Notes: generated by a model from the letters alone, not told the origin. DNA of 64,000 bases from Amoeboaphelidium protococcarum X5 (GCA_023515725.1 JALDTO010000158.1:248001-312000); one strand, 5' to 3'; positions 25,612-39,531 are shown, numbered from the stretch's first letter. Translations and numbers: made by a program.

Positions 25612-28600
25612 TCACTAAATAATAGATATCACAGGCGCATCATTAGGAATTGTGAATGTTTGAGCATAAGGATTCATTTCATCAGCAAAGAACCATTGAG
25701 GAGCCAGGTGACGCTTCCAGGCCTTGTAAGCCTCAGCGAACGCCAAAAACAAAGCCATAGAAGCTATGATCAGACCCCACTCCCATGAAATTGGCAGTTA
25801 TAGGAAAGCACCATCATTAAGGCCCGGAATGTAAAGTGATATTGCCGTAACAGCTGCGCCGAATAGGATGGACCAAAACAAAGCCTTATTTCTCAACAGA
25901 GTCTGGATACCAAAAGTCTTGCTCTTAAACATGGACAGTCTCAAATGTCTGCAGTTGATTGCATGTACCAGAATTAGAAGAGACATGGCACAGTAAGACG
26001 CCCCTCTAGCTCTGAATACATTTTGACATACCATAGAATTTTGCGAATCATTGCAACCGCCTGATCCTAGAGGTGACGTGATACCATTATCAGGATCTGG
26101 CTAAAACTACCCATAGAGCGCTGCAGACCATACACCAAGCGTTAAGCTTCCCATGATGATTCCGTAAACAAAAGTATCTACAATAACCTCGACACTAAAT
26201 ACACCAGATCCACGTTTGGTAGCATCACGAGGAGGTACACGCATCTAATCAGAGGAAGCACGCTCTACACCCAGACCAACTGCAGGTGGAGTACTCGTCA
26301 GCATATTCAGAATGAGAATCTGTACGGCTGACATTGGAAATACAGATTATCCCGTTGAATCTTGATAAGCAAGACCAATAACCAAAGCTATAATTTCAGC
26401 AACATTGGTGGACATTAGAAATTGTACAAACTTTTGAATGCTAGCAAATATTCTTCTACCTTCAGCAATAGCCTTCACAATAGAAGCAAAATTATCATCG
26501 GTAAGAACGATATCGCTAGCCTGTTTAGCAACATCAGAACCATTCATTCCCATGGCAATACCAATGTTGGCCTACTTCAAACTAGGAGCATCGTTAGTAC
26601 CATCGCCGGTCATGGCAACAATTTGCTTTCTATATTACAGAGCATCAACCATATTGACCTTAGTAGAAGGTGTACAGCGAGCAATAACCAGAGGAAGCAT
26701 CATGGTACGGCGTTTCTCTTCACTGAGAGCATCAAATTCAGCACCAGTCATCACGGCGTTAGAAGAGTAAACAGGAGGCAAGATTCCGATACGCTGAGCG
26801 ATATTGCATGCAGTGATTTTATGATCCCCAGTTAACATGTGCACAGAGATACCGGCCTAGTGACATAGCTAAATCACATCGCGAGTCTCCTCTCTAGGAG
26901 GGTCGAAAATACCGACCAGACCAAGAAAGATTAACTCCCTCTCTACACTCTCTCTGCTCAACTGTTCAATCTCATCTGTGTCGGTACTTGCCACCGGTTT
27001 GAATGCCAACGCCAACACTCTTAAGCCTTCTGAAGCCAAACGCTCAACATTCTCTTCAATCTGGGCCTTGAATTACGCATTAACAGGAGCAGTGCTATCA
27101 TCATCCTTGAGATAAGATACACAGAGAGCCAAAATGGATTCCATCGAGCCTTTACTGAAGACAAAGTACTCTGAAGAATTAACTCTGTCCTGATAAATGA
27201 CAGACATACGCTTGATCGTGGCATCGAAAGGATACTCTTGAAGGAGTTCAAAGGACAGAGGCTCCCTGCGAGATTCATCAGATACCAGAGCTCTCTTGGC
27301 CATGTTAGCCTTCCAAGCGTAGACTTGCAGGGCTGCCTCCGTAGAATCGCCAATAACTTCCCATTCATTCTCTTCGCTATCCTCTATTGGGCTTGCATGA
27401 GTCATTTAAATTCCATTATCATCGCCAGCATTAGACGCGTATTTCTATTCCAACTCTTATTCAGTCTTACCGACTCTTTTCAATACACTCAAGTTGCACA
27501 AGGATGCACATTAAGTCAGTCTATACAACGATTTCGGCATATTCTCACGGTGATACGCGGTACTACTGTCACTCACATGAGTTATAGATCCTGATGGTTT
27601 GTACCCATTGCCACTCACAACATAATTTCCACCATCTGGAGTGTAGACAGACTACAAGAACATTTTGCCTTGAGTCAAAGTTCCAGTTTTATCCGAACAA
27701 ATAGTGGTCACAGAGCCAATGTTTTCCAGTGCAAGCATCTTTCTAACAATGGCTTTCTAATTTGCCATTTTGCGAACACCATATGCCATAGTAATTGTGG
27801 TGACAGCAGGCAGGCCGGCAGGAATCACAGCCACTGCCAAACCAATCGCATAAGAAACTATACTGCTGGTCAAATTGAATCTATTGACACCAAACACAAT
27901 TAGAATGAGGAAGATGACAGCAATCAGACAGCCGATAGCAAGCTGCTTCATGGCCTTCTACAAAGGAGTTTTCTACTCGACACTACCACCTTTTTTACTA
28001 TTCAATCTGTCTGCAATCTTTCCAATCTCAGTGTTCAAACCAGTCCTAGTGACAATCACTTTGCCACGACCACGCGTCACCACCGTGGATGAGTATACCA
28101 TGTTTATTCTATCAGCCACAGCAGTCTCGGGAAAGTCTACAGAGGCAATGTCTTTCACAACAGGTACAGACTCGCCAGTGAGCATTTATTCATCCACCTC
28201 CAAGTGGAAACACTCAACCAGACGACCATCAGCCGGCACGATATCACCTTCTTCAATCATGAGAATATCACCGGGTACAGCATCGCGGGCGGCAATGTAT
28301 TTGATAGTAGTATCGCGCAGTACTCTAGCGATAGGCGATGCCATTTTCATCAGAGCTTCCATGGTCTTTTCAGAGCGATACTCTTGTACAAATCCAATAA
28401 GGCTATTGGTGAACACCACGAACCCAATAACGGCGCAATCGATCCACTCTTTATGATAAGCAGATAGTGCCAAAGCCACCAGCAATATCAAATTCATGGG
28501 ATTGACCACTTGAGCAAACAGCAGCTTATACCAAACAACGGCACTATCACCAGACAGCTCGTTGTAACCAAGTTCTACAAGACGCGTCTCAACCTCAGAC

Positions 28601-28755
28601 GTTGTAAGACCAGCAGCGATATCAGTCTTGAGCCAATCTTGCAATTCAACCGGTGTTAGAACGTGCTCACTCATCCCATTCAAACGATCTTAGAGAGTTT
28701 TGGCAGCATAGTTCAACTTTTCAGTACTGTCGGGAATATTAATATTGACAGTCAT
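25612..28755 (-). CDS. ENA1: P-type IID Na+/K+ efflux ATPase (ENA type)
   Basis: [59 protein letters not shown]; IPAGL in place of the Ca-pump IPEGL; 1047 aa. Confidence 0.88.
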
Positions 28756-29483
28756 CTCAGTGTTAAATTCAGATAGTTCTTTCAGTTTAATGTTGATCTC
28801 AATATGTTACAGTTAGAGAGATACTAATTAATGTGATAAAGATCCGGCGTATGGTGGCAATAAGGTACGGATTATTGCAGGTGACAAACAATGAAAATGG
28901 ATGAGGTTGACATGGAGATTACAGCAAGTTTCACGATCTGGTTAATCGATTTGTTTGCATCATCACCTCATTTGTTTAAGCATTGTTTACTCCATTATTA
29001 TCACTCGGTTTGAGGGATTTATGAGATCAACTTTTGATATTCTCGGATGGGGACAAGTGACGCGCGGGGTGGCCGTACAGGTCGTCTGAGCATTTGCTGC
29101 GAGATGTAACATTGACTTTAAACAAGGACCGATAATTATCGCTGTCATTATTTTAAGATTTGACCAGTGTTACTGTATTAGCGTTTCGGATTTATTTGAT
29201 TAATCCTTAGAGTGCTATTAAGAAGCGCGTGTGATTTTTGAATCTAATCCACCAAGTGATTCGCTTTAGTCCTATATCTATACATCTCCTAATTATATAC
29301 CAGTATAAGTTTATTACTTTCGGATTTTTTTTAATAAAGTGATAGTTTTGAAAGAGTTTGGGATCATGAATGAGTAGAATATCGGAGTATATTTCTACGT
29401 CCCTTCCTTTCCTATATATTTAAACTCAGTTTTCTAATCTCAAAACGGATAACAATCAGCAGCGAGACACTTTTAAATATAAT

Positions 29484-29813
29484 ATGGCAGATGAACGACC
29501 AACTAAGCGCTACAAGTCCGAGATGACTGTTCAAGAAATTGAAGATGCGGAGGAGGTATCCTTATTAACTGGCCCAATGTCATTACTGACTGATGCATGT
29601 AAACACCACGATCAAATTCTAGTAGCGATGCGACACGGCAAGAAATTGGTGGGACGCGTCAAGGCTTTCGACAGGCATTTCAACATGATTATGGAAAATG
29701 TGAAGGAAATCTGGACTGAAGGACAGGGTGATAATAAGAAGCCAAAAGACAGATTCTTAAGCAAGCTATTCGTACGAGGGGATGGCGTGATTTTGATTGT
29801 CAAAGCGGAGTGA
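29484..29813 (+). CDS. SMD2: Spliceosomal Sm protein D2
   Basis: GPMSLL...KKLVGRVKAFDRHFNMIMENVKEIWTE...KLFVRGDGVILI. Confidence 0.95.
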   Translation: MADERPTKRYKSEMTVQEIEDAEEVSLLTGPMSLLTDACKHHDQILVAMRHGKKLVGRVKAFDRHFNMIMENVKEIWTEGQGDNKKPKDRFLSKLFVRGDGVILIVKAE

Positions 29814-29922
29814 TTTGATTCTCTGTCCATTGGAAGGGTAATTTAACTATAATATGTCGCGTGTTAAATAAAATTGCTGTTTACTCAAGTTTTAATAATT
29901 TTATTTTTAGCGCAGTAACAAT

Positions 29923-30333
29923 TCAGCCTAGGAAATTAACCACGAATATGTACAGAAGGAGATGACATGAGATGAACTCGGCAAACGGTATAATATCATC
30001 AGCAGGAAGTCCATACAGTCGCGCAGATGAAACCTTTTTATTAACTAGCTCGGTGGAAGAGTCAAGCTGTGCAACGTTCTGACTCTAAGTTTTCATTCTC
30101 AGATTCACAGTGAATACAAACTGTCCAACAGAGCATCCAAAAGCAGCCAGAAATGAGTTGTACGGATAAGCAGAGGTCAGCAGCCCATACACAAAAATCA
30201 ACACACCGTGGGCCATAACCGTCGCCAAGTAAGCGTCAATCATTCTAGTCTTCAGAGTTGTACTCTTAACGTATGAGGACCACAATGAAGCACTTGCGCC
30301 TTTGATTTAAGTAACAGCTTGATTCTGAGCCAT
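29923..30333 (-). CDS. OST2: Oligosaccharyltransferase subunit DAD1/Ost2
   Basis: MIDAYLA...AYPYNSFLAAFGCSVGQFVFTVNLRM...FAEFI...VVNFLG*. Confidence 0.92.
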
Positions 30334-30601
30334 CTATAAGTAACGGTAGCGCTTATTTACAGTGTGTTCTGATAACTATTGACTTTTCTAGTGGAACAGG
30401 ACGCGAGAAAACACTCTTCTCTATTCTCGCTGGTTAAATTATTTCTTTACCGGTAGTTTCCCCAGTTTTCTCGTTAGTCTGCGCGCCCTTTCCTCTTTTC
30501 ACTCTCAAGTATAGAATATTTGGTGCTTGTTGGTAAAATTATATTTTAATTTGAGCATTACATTTCACATAATAATCTTTGATTTAAATACATTGGAAAG
30601 T

Positions 30602-30799
30602 ATGACTGTCACATTCTTAAAGACTTCCCTCTAGGCTGCAAGCGCGTTGAGATCTGTGTTGAAGGAAGAGTTCAAAGTGCAGGCTATGCGTCGTTCCCAT
30701 AAGGAATCTGCTGCCAAGTACACTGTGAACAACAAGGATGGAAGCAAGGAGAGCAAATGGTTATTCAGTGACTCTAATGCTGCTTAGGCTTAAAATTGA
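30602..30799 (+). CDS. ATP15: Mitochondrial F1 ATP synthase epsilon subunit
   Basis: 65 aa, TFLKTSLQAASALRSVLKEEFKVQAMRR resembles the epsilon AAxAxRxSLKEE pattern; absent from the ORF track. Confidence 0.7.
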
Positions 30800-30915
30800 A
30801 TTTGACAATATGAATAATAAAAATCATTCTACAAAATTAATGCATTTATATTATGGCTTTTCTCAAATCTTACTAACTACATCATTCACGGGCAAAAGGT
30901 TGCACATGTCCAGTA

Positions 30916-31227
30916 TCACTACTGGTTGTTGGCAACAAATTCTTCAATCAACTTTACCAGTTCGGCTTTCACCTCATTTGGTACAGAACTACGGGCGTAT
31001 GGAGATATTTCAGCCACCAAATCTTCTACAGTGACATCTGGATTCTGGGGGTTCTACTGCGTCTTACTCTTAACAATGTCCCGACAGTACTGCTTCAATC
31101 CATCCTTCCATCCACACTCTGATAGACGTTGACGCAGGTACTCTCTAAGTTTATCCTTCTCCCCTGATTCAATTAATTTCTAATTAATCTTGTTCCTCAA
31201 CTCGTTCTACTCTTAGCTAGTGGCCAT
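30916..31227 (-). CDS. SUS1: SAGA/TREX-2 subunit Sus1/ENY2
   Basis: [29 protein letters not shown]...VTVEDLVAEISPYARSSVPNEVKAEL; 103 aa. Confidence 0.93.
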
Positions 31228-31519
31228 TATTGGGAAAGTTGCTTCTATATATTGCAACTATCAAAACTTTTCAAATTTGGAGATTCAAAATGTGCAAGTA
31301 GTTATTGTTGCTCTTCTTGTTCAACGCGACGAATTGTTCACGCTCGCGCAAGTCTTTTTACTTTTCGCCAGTGAGAGAGAGACCATTTTCTGTAGTCTTT
31401 CCCTCATCTTGCATTTCCTTTGTATTTCCAGTAGTGATCAACATCTACAGTACAATCTGAAAGAATTTAACTGCTTTATTAAATTGGACAATATTTTAAT
31501 AGCTTTATAGATAGTAAGT

Positions 31520-31885
31520 ATGAGGCAAGTCATGTAGAGATTAGCGATGAGGATGAAGTCTGATTTGACAAAGTAGACGATGATGAACACAAGCGGGTAG
31601 AGAGTGGCCAACGTAACACAACCGCACAGTAGATCTCTGTAGCAGGTTCTCGGTTCTAATCCTCGATTTGAACAGATTGATATCTCCGCTTAGCCTAGAC
31701 CGCCATCTGCCATGGAATATATTGCCAAGTAGCCGATCATTAAGAGTAAAAGTAGAGTTGTGGCGTGTGATGGTGGACACAGCGGTCTCGGTCATTAGAA
31801 GGTGTACATCAACCTGGACAAGGGTGTTAATAGATGTCGCTACTGTGGACTTCGCTTCGAGCGGGAACATGATCATCATCACTGA
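31520..31885 (+). CDS. NDUFS6: NADH dehydrogenase zinc-finger subunit NDUFS6
   Basis: PRFEQIDISAQPRP, VVACDGGHSGLGHQKVYINLDK, CRYCGLRF; 121 aa. Confidence 0.92.
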
Positions 31886-32034
31886 TTATAAAAATAAAAG
31901 ATTTATATTGTTATACCTTCCATTTTTTTATATGAGCACATCGTTTCTTCTAACTGTTCTCTGCCAATGCTTTCTCTCTCCTTTTAAAGTTTCAAGAAGA
32001 GTTACAACTATCTGCCATTTTCATCCCGTCAACT

Positions 32035-34557
32035 ATGGCAGGTAGCGTGTCTAGTGAAGCGGAATCTGACTATAACGAGTAAGAAGTATCCATCCTGCCT
32101 GATGATGACTTTAAGTAGATCTCAAGAGGTGAATTTGAGTAGAGAATTTTGAACTTCTTCAAGTAAAATGACTCTGTTTAGTACGATGAGAAGGAGCAAA
32201 TTCTCATACCACAGCTTAAATAATTCCAAATTGATGGTGTGAAATGGCTTATAAATTTGCGTCAAGTTGGTTTAAATGGCATTCTGGCCGATGAGCAAGG
32301 CTTGGGAAAGACTATACAGTCAATTGCTTACATTCAATGGTTGACATCTTAACGTATCATTACGCGATCTTTAATTGTTGTGCCACTCAGCGTTCTGCGT
32401 AATTGGATGGAAGAGATGGTTTAGTTTGCTCCGTAACTCACATGTATTGCTTATCATGGAAGTAAAGAAGTAAGAGCATAATAAATGGGTAATCTAGAGA
32501 ACGCACAAGTTATCGTTACATCGTATGAGATGGTTCTGCTGGATTATTCAGTTTTATCCAGACTTTAATTAGATTTCCTCTGTGTTGATGAAGCATAAAG
32601 ATTGAAGAATGACTAGTCAAAGACTTTTTAGATGCTCGATAGTTTGAACATTAAATAGCGATTACTGCTGACAGGTACTCCGATTCAGAATAACTTGGTA
32701 GAATTGTATTCTCTGTTGAAGTTCCTCAATCCCCAATTGGTGTCACACGTCAATTCAAAGGTATTCGTCTAATGGTATAAAGATGATTTGAATTCTTTAA
32801 AGCTTTTAACGGATAAGGTGATGCTGCGACGAACCAAAAGACAAGTTTTAACTCTACCAAGATTACAGGAAGTTGTTTTAGAATGTGGAATGTCAGACTT
32901 GCAGCGGGATTTATATCGCTCAATCCTGAAGTAGGATATCAGTTTGATTGTACACGCATATCAGTACCACCAGAAATCTACTCAATCACTAAATAATACT
33001 TTGATACAGCTGAGGAAATGCGTGTCTCATCCGTACCTGTTCATTGGAGTTGAGAAGGAGCCTTTCGAGTTGGGTGTACATCTTGTCGAGACTTCTGGTA
33101 AATTGCTAGCTTTGGATTCACTATTAGATAGACTGAAGTTGAATGGACATCGAGTGTTAATATTCTGTCAAATGACTTCAATGTTGGACATATTGCAAGA
33201 CTATATGGACTACCGGTAGTATGAGTACGAACGTTTGGATGGATCTATTCGCGGTCAGGATAGATTTCAAGTGTTGGATCGCTATAAAACTAAGAGTCCC
33301 TTTGTATTTCTTTTAAGTACTAGAGCTGGTGGTGTGGGATTGAATTTAGTCAATGCTGATACAGTGATATTCTACGACATTGATCATAATCCGTAGATGG
33401 ATTTACAGGCTGCTGCTCGTGCCCATAGAATTGGACAGTCGAAGGAGGTGACTGTCATTAAATTGATATGCAAAGGCACTGTAGATGAAATTATATACCG
33501 CCGCGGGTAATCGAAGTTGTAGTTGAGTCGATCGCTATTAGATGACCATGATGATGAGATTATAGATGGTACTGGTGATGCTGAACGACAGTCATTAAAC
33601 TTGAGTGAAATAGTCACGTTTGGAGCAGAGTAGATAATGGAAGATGATAAATCTACTCAAATTGCTGATCATGAAGATTTATCAACTTGGATAGACAATC
33701 TGTTGCATTAAAGAGGACCTTCATAGCAGGATGATGAACAGTAATCTTGTTCTACTTCGTAGCCAGATAGTATGTACGTGTATGAAGGTAAAGATTACTC
33801 TGGGGAGCGCAAAATGTCCGCTTAGAATCTCATTGACCTTGCTGCGTAGATCAGCGTCTAGGATCCTCGTAGCAATAATAAAAGTGATTATAATTAACTA
33901 TTAGAGAACGAAAGGCTTTTGCGCAGAATAGCGGCAGAGGAGAAGAAGCAGAAGAAGTTGCGAAAGCTGTGGGATGATAATGACTATATATCACTTAGAA
34001 TAGCTGATTAAGAAATCTTAAATGATATCACAGAGCTTTGCGATGAGAAAGAAATTGTATACGTGAACGGCGATGTTACCCGTCCTAGAGGTGATGACAA
34101 TTGCATTATAGTCCATAGCGTGGATGATTCTGGTAGATGGTCTCGATTTGGTCTTTTCCGATCATTATCATAATTATCGCCAATCATACAAGAAAAGTAT
34201 CTGCTTGCGTATCAGATTAAAGATTTACACTTTGGCGATGTCCATTGTATTCCCATCGGCTCTCATGATGATCATCCATAAATTTATGTGGCCCTGGTAG
34301 TTGCTCAGAAAAGATTGCGTAATGACTAGGTGTCTGATATAGATCTTGACGTGCTGAATACAGCGCTGTAACGGGTTTGTTCGTTTGCGATTCAACACAA
34401 TGCGTCTGTTCACTTGCCTCGATTTGGACAATCAATTCACGTCTAAGACTGGTATAAAGCCGAAAGAATCATCAGGAAAAGCATAACTTCTCGTGGTGTT
34501 TAAGCTTTTGTGTATTATTACTCCAGAAAATAATCTGCTCCTGACTCTAGTTGTTGA
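32035..34557 (+). CDS. CHD1L: SNF2 remodeller with C-terminal macro domain (CHD1L/ALC1)
   Basis: [65 protein letters not shown]; macro part [37 protein letters not shown]; 840 aa. Confidence 0.9.
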
Positions 34558-34769
34558 TGTAAATTACGATAATTTAAATTGAATTCCAACTTGCTTATTG
34601 AACATCTTTAGCTGCAACCGCTTGATCGTTTCAGATTCTTCATACAAATTTCTTCTTTTCTTTCTGTGATCAGTTAAAGTACCTTATATTCGAGTACAGT
34701 ACAGTATACTGTCCTAATCAACTCGTCTTATTAGCAGTATTCATCTTTTTTGGATTGTTCATTAACAAT

Positions 34770-37700
34770 ATGGATGATCTGGATAGTTTGAAAAAGGTAT
34801 ACACGACTTATGCTGGAGATGCTCCAGTCATCACTGCTCAGTAGGCCTATCCAGTTCTTTAATAGAGTGGACTTCCTTAAGATGTTCTTATCAAGGTACG
34901 ACATTGTATTATTAAATTTTACCTAATATATAATTATATTTATTCTATTTAGATTTGGAATTCTGTCGATGTTATGTTGAAAAAATAGCTGGATTTTAAT
35001 GGGTTCGTTCAAGTGATGAAGGCTGTAAAAGCGCAATAGATGTAACAACGTTCGCCTGGTTAAACCTCTTAGCAATTCAGTAAGTCTATGGCTATTAAAC
35101 ATCATTGAATTGGTTTAAATAATTTTATTTTGAAAATATGTAGTCCCTGTGTAAAAGACTGGTAGCTCTGTGAATTCTTATTATCAGCCTTCTATTACAG
35201 ATGGCTCACTGTCCATGGGAATGAGTAATCAGTAATAGTCTTAATCCAATGTTGGGCCATTTCAACTGTCTGATGCTGATCTTTAATAGTTTACAACAGT
35301 GTTCAAAAGTATCGACACTATGCAATCGGGCTCTATCTCCAACTAGGAGTGTGCTTAATGTTATATGAAGTCTAATCTTGGTTAGGATATTCTGTCACAA
35401 GTCTGGAAGTTGTTGACAACCTCATCACTGGTACCCACGACTCCTGGTAGAATCAGTAAAGCTTAGTTCATAATTGGAATGTCTCTGATAAAGAGCGTTT
35501 TATAAGGATCTACATTGCCTTAATAGATTCCTCAGAGTCTCGTAATGAAAGTTACCTCTTCTGGGCAGTAATAGTCATCTATGATGTCGCACTAATCTAA
35601 TACTTCACCCTCTTATAATCAGAGTTATACTAGTATGCACACGTCTCCGTCTCAAGGCATTAGTAATTTATCTAATCAGTTTGGTGCGGCGGGAGATATG
35701 GATTCTAAGCGCTAATCTATCTTCTCTGTTCCTCACCAGCCTATCCAGCCGCAAATGACTGGTGGTAGCATGTATGGCGGTAATTATAACAGTTCAACAT
35801 TAGACAGGAATATGTAAAATAGTCAAGCAATGGCGCAGAGCGTTGAAAGATTGTAGAAAAATGTGCAATAAAGAACTGATGAAATTGCCAGTCTTTAGAA
35901 TAATTCATAAATGCTGAACAATGAGGTGGCTGAATTGTAGGCGAAGTAATAGAAGCTGTAATAAGATCTGGGTGGATTAGATTCTTAAAAGAAGGAACTT
36001 GAATAGAAAGTGATGTTAATAAAGTAGCAGCGAGATTAAGAGGTGAATAATGTCAGGGAAATGTCTTCCAAGTTTGCAGCGACCCAGCAATAGATTGAAG
36101 AATTGAGTCGAAGAATATCTCAAGAATCTGGAGAGCTGGAATAGATCTAGTAAAAGTCGATCGAAGGAAGATAGTGGATAGAGAAATAGAACTAAGACTT
36201 GTAAATGTTGAATTAACAATACCAGAGTATTTAACATGAGAAGGAAGCTTTGCTACTATAGTTTAACGCCGATAGGACTTAGGCTATGCGTTTGGTAGAA
36301 GAAAAGTAATAGACGGAGTAGTCGATTGCCCAAATCCAGTAATAGATTGCATCAATTCAGCTGGAGCGTTAGCATTAGTAGTCTGAGATTTAGAATCTTT
36401 CTAATAATATGGATAATTTGCGTAATTAAAAAAGCCAACTGGAGCAGAATCTGAAGGATATGTAAAATGCAAATTAGCCAGAATTTACAAGTTTGAATTG
36501 GGATAACAGAAGCGTCAAATCTGTAAAGACTGAGCCTACAGCGTAAACATCTCTATTTACATCTCCGGTCACTGATTCTGGTACGCGACGCTTGTCATCA
36601 ACCTCTGTGCAGTTATAGCTCTCATAAAAGAATGATACCACCAAGTCAGCCGTAGCTGAATAGGATTTCTTTTCTGATCTTGGCTTTGGTTCTACACAGC
36701 CGATGCCTGTTAAATAGTAGCAGTAGGCTGCTAAGTAAGCAGTCATTGCTTCAAGTTCAGGCACTAGTAATTATGATAGTCCAAGTGATGCGTTTGATGA
36801 TGACTTTTTTAAAGCTGCTGCTACGTCGCCTTAGGAACAATAAAAGGCGGTTCTTGATTAGCAGCTGGAGAAGTAATTGGCATCTACTTAAGTCGCATCT
36901 TCACCTGATAATGTTTAGCAACCAGTAAAAAGTGGTGAATTGAGCAGTTTTGATAAGAAATTCCCTTCCATCGATGACTTTGAAAAGGATTTTGCCAAGA
37001 AGCATGAAAGTGAGCACGCCAAAGAGTCTTAAACTGTCGACCAGCAGTAATAATAGTAGTAGAAGGAACCGAATCCATTCGATGAATTTGAAAAGGAATT
37101 TGCATCTCTTGGTCAGGATGGAGGAGCTGGAGTGGTTGTTTAATCCGATTAAGATGATTTTGAGGCTGATAGTTCGCCTTTTGCCCAAGTACTATAATAA
37201 TCATCCCCTCAAAAATAGATGGATGATGGTTTGGATTTCTTTGGAGTGGTCAGTTAACCGTAGTAGCCAGCTAGTACGGCTACTTAATAGCAATCGCCTA
37301 GTAATTCGAAGAAACCTGCTACTGATTCATCTAGTCCGGATCCATTTGGTGATGATTTCTTCAGTCAAGCCGCTGAGAATCCATTTGTGTCTCCGACAGC
37401 TTCTACAAAAGTCCCTGCACCTGCCTCTAATTTTGATCAGACGGATGATTTCAACTCGCTGTTTACAGCTAATAATTTGGCAGATAATCCGTTTTCTTCT
37501 TCTAATGCAGCAGCGTCTATCACAAGCTCTCCTTCAGTCAAGAATCCAACTGATAAGGTGAGTAATGTCGTATCTGCCTAAAGTCAACCTTCTGCAGAGA
37601 TCATTGCCGACACTTCATTCTTTGATGCTGTGGCTAATGATGAAAGTGGTGATCGTGATGCAGGTGATAAAGCTGTAGATAGCGAATCATCACCAGACGC

Positions 37701-37977
37701 GTCTAAAGTATAAGAAGTCACCAGTATGGGATTTTCTGAAGAGTAAGCCACTACAGCTCTAGCTGCCGCTAATGGCAATGTATAATAAGCTCTGAATATC
37801 CTCTTAGACCAAGGAAGTGCGCCTGCGGAAGACACTGCTGATTAGGCGTAGAAGCAGCAGTCTTCACACCAAAGGCAAGGCAGTCAGATGAGTAGTAAAT
37901 CATCCAAGAAGGGAGAATCTAAATCGGGAAGTGGTAAGAAGAAGGGATTGTTTGGACTATTGAAATCAACAAATTGA
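34770..37977 (+). CDS. EDE1: EH-domain endocytic scaffold Ede1/Eps15-like; introns 34896-34952 and 35080-35143
   Basis: EH repeats (SGLPQDVLIK|IWNSVD; SNLGQDILSQVWKL), Gln-rich coiled coil rich in TAA/TAG, NPF/DPF motifs, C-terminal UBA (TSMGFSEEQATTALAAANGNVQQALNILL); GT..AG introns. Confidence 0.85.
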
Positions 37978-38236
37978 TTGAGTAGTATGTATTGTTCACT
38001 CGTCTTTACTTAAACTATGTTATTTTTATTGTCTCAACTGATCTGAAGAATCAATGCAGAGTTCTATCCTGTCAATGAGATTCATCATCGTCTAATCCCT
38101 ATCCTTGATATGATTTTACCAGGGCGTCATTTTTAGATAGCAGGTAGAGCTGATCGCTTTGACATTTGCTACCGGGCCTGCCAACTCAGCATCTTCCAGA
38201 TTTATCGCGCTCATCATCTCAGCCACCACCTCAGAT

Positions 38237-38896
38237 TCAGAGTCTGGCGTTGATATAGCAAAAATGTGCCGTCATTGGTAAGTAGCATATTGTGATCGTC
38301 GTCAGGCATACCGAACTCTTCTGTAGATTGATTATCATTATCAATATCTCCTCAACTTCTTTTACGTATAAGTTATATTTTTATACCTCCTCACACTCGA
38401 CGCGAGCAGTCGTAGTTTGAGTTTCATAATTCACCATAAAATCCTTCTGTTAACCAAACTTTTGTATGGTGGCCTGGTGAAACACCGCCATTTGGCATTT
38501 CCACTTGTTGATGGTATAGTTACAGTCAGTAAGCTTACAATACTAAGTAACGTTAAATGTGGAGCCAGAGGAGATCTCAATGCCCAGAGTAGTCAGCAAG
38601 TTTCTTAGAGCAAGAACCAGCGTTGAAGCATTTACACCATCCATCAAATAAGAGCTCGTCATAGCAATAACAAATAACAATACTGTTTTAACACGATAAA
38701 ACGGTTTAAAAGTAGCAGGTCTTGCAGCGCGTTTTGGTAATATGCTCTTCTTGAAATAGAATTCTAGCAGTAAGTACTGGTGGATTAGTTAGTTCGCTGG
38801 TTTTGTCACTCTTTCTACCCATTTTCTGGCCTTACGCACGACGCACTCTCTCTAGTCCGTCTTCGTCACGTTTAACGCGTAGTAGTTGTAAAACAT
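38237..38896 (-). pseudogene. Unknown 219-aa ORF within a larger frameshifted coding-like region (about 38040-39320)
   Basis: MFYNYYALNVTK...CYINARL* is open; neighbouring open stretches lie in other phases and are cut by TGA. Confidence 0.35.
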
Positions 38897-39531
38897 CCTT
38901 TCTCGAACATTCTCTCACATCTTTGATACATGTACCACGTTCTGACCATTTTTCTATGCTCAACCCATAAAAAAACTTGAACCAGCTCTGGTTTACAATT
39001 CATTTGCTCCACAAATCTCTCGCAACGAATGAATTCCATTAGTAACGTCTTTTCACGATCGCACTTGCGAGTCAGCGCATAGCGAGACCAAGAGTGGCAA
39101 ATGTCAGATATTGTCAAAAACGGTTCGGATTAAATGCCCCAAATTGCATGTCTGCTTCTTGGAATCTCTTTAATCTTAGTTGTGTCACATTATATACAGT
39201 AACGCGGAAAATAGAATGATTTTAATGTCAACAACTTGATCGACGTGCAATGAGCATTGTTCACTTGGTAATCAGAGATTACAACTACATCTGTTACACT
39301 AAATGCCTAAAACACGGTTCAAGACATGTCGCAGCCTCCCACCACCGTTCGCGCGGCTTTGATGTATTGTCTACAGTAGCCACCAAAACTTGATCCTTTT
39401 GCTATTTAGTTTTGCTGTTTGTTATTTGATTTTGGTGCGTGCAATTTTGTACTTGTTGTTATTTAAAGTAATTGGATAAAGTCAGCTTAGCATTTTAAAC
39501 GCTATATACAGTAGTTATTTATAGGTATTTA

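Noticed and set aside
35800-36480. Dense TAA/TAG stretch as non-coding DNA
   Set aside because: It is the Gln-rich coiled coil of EDE1.
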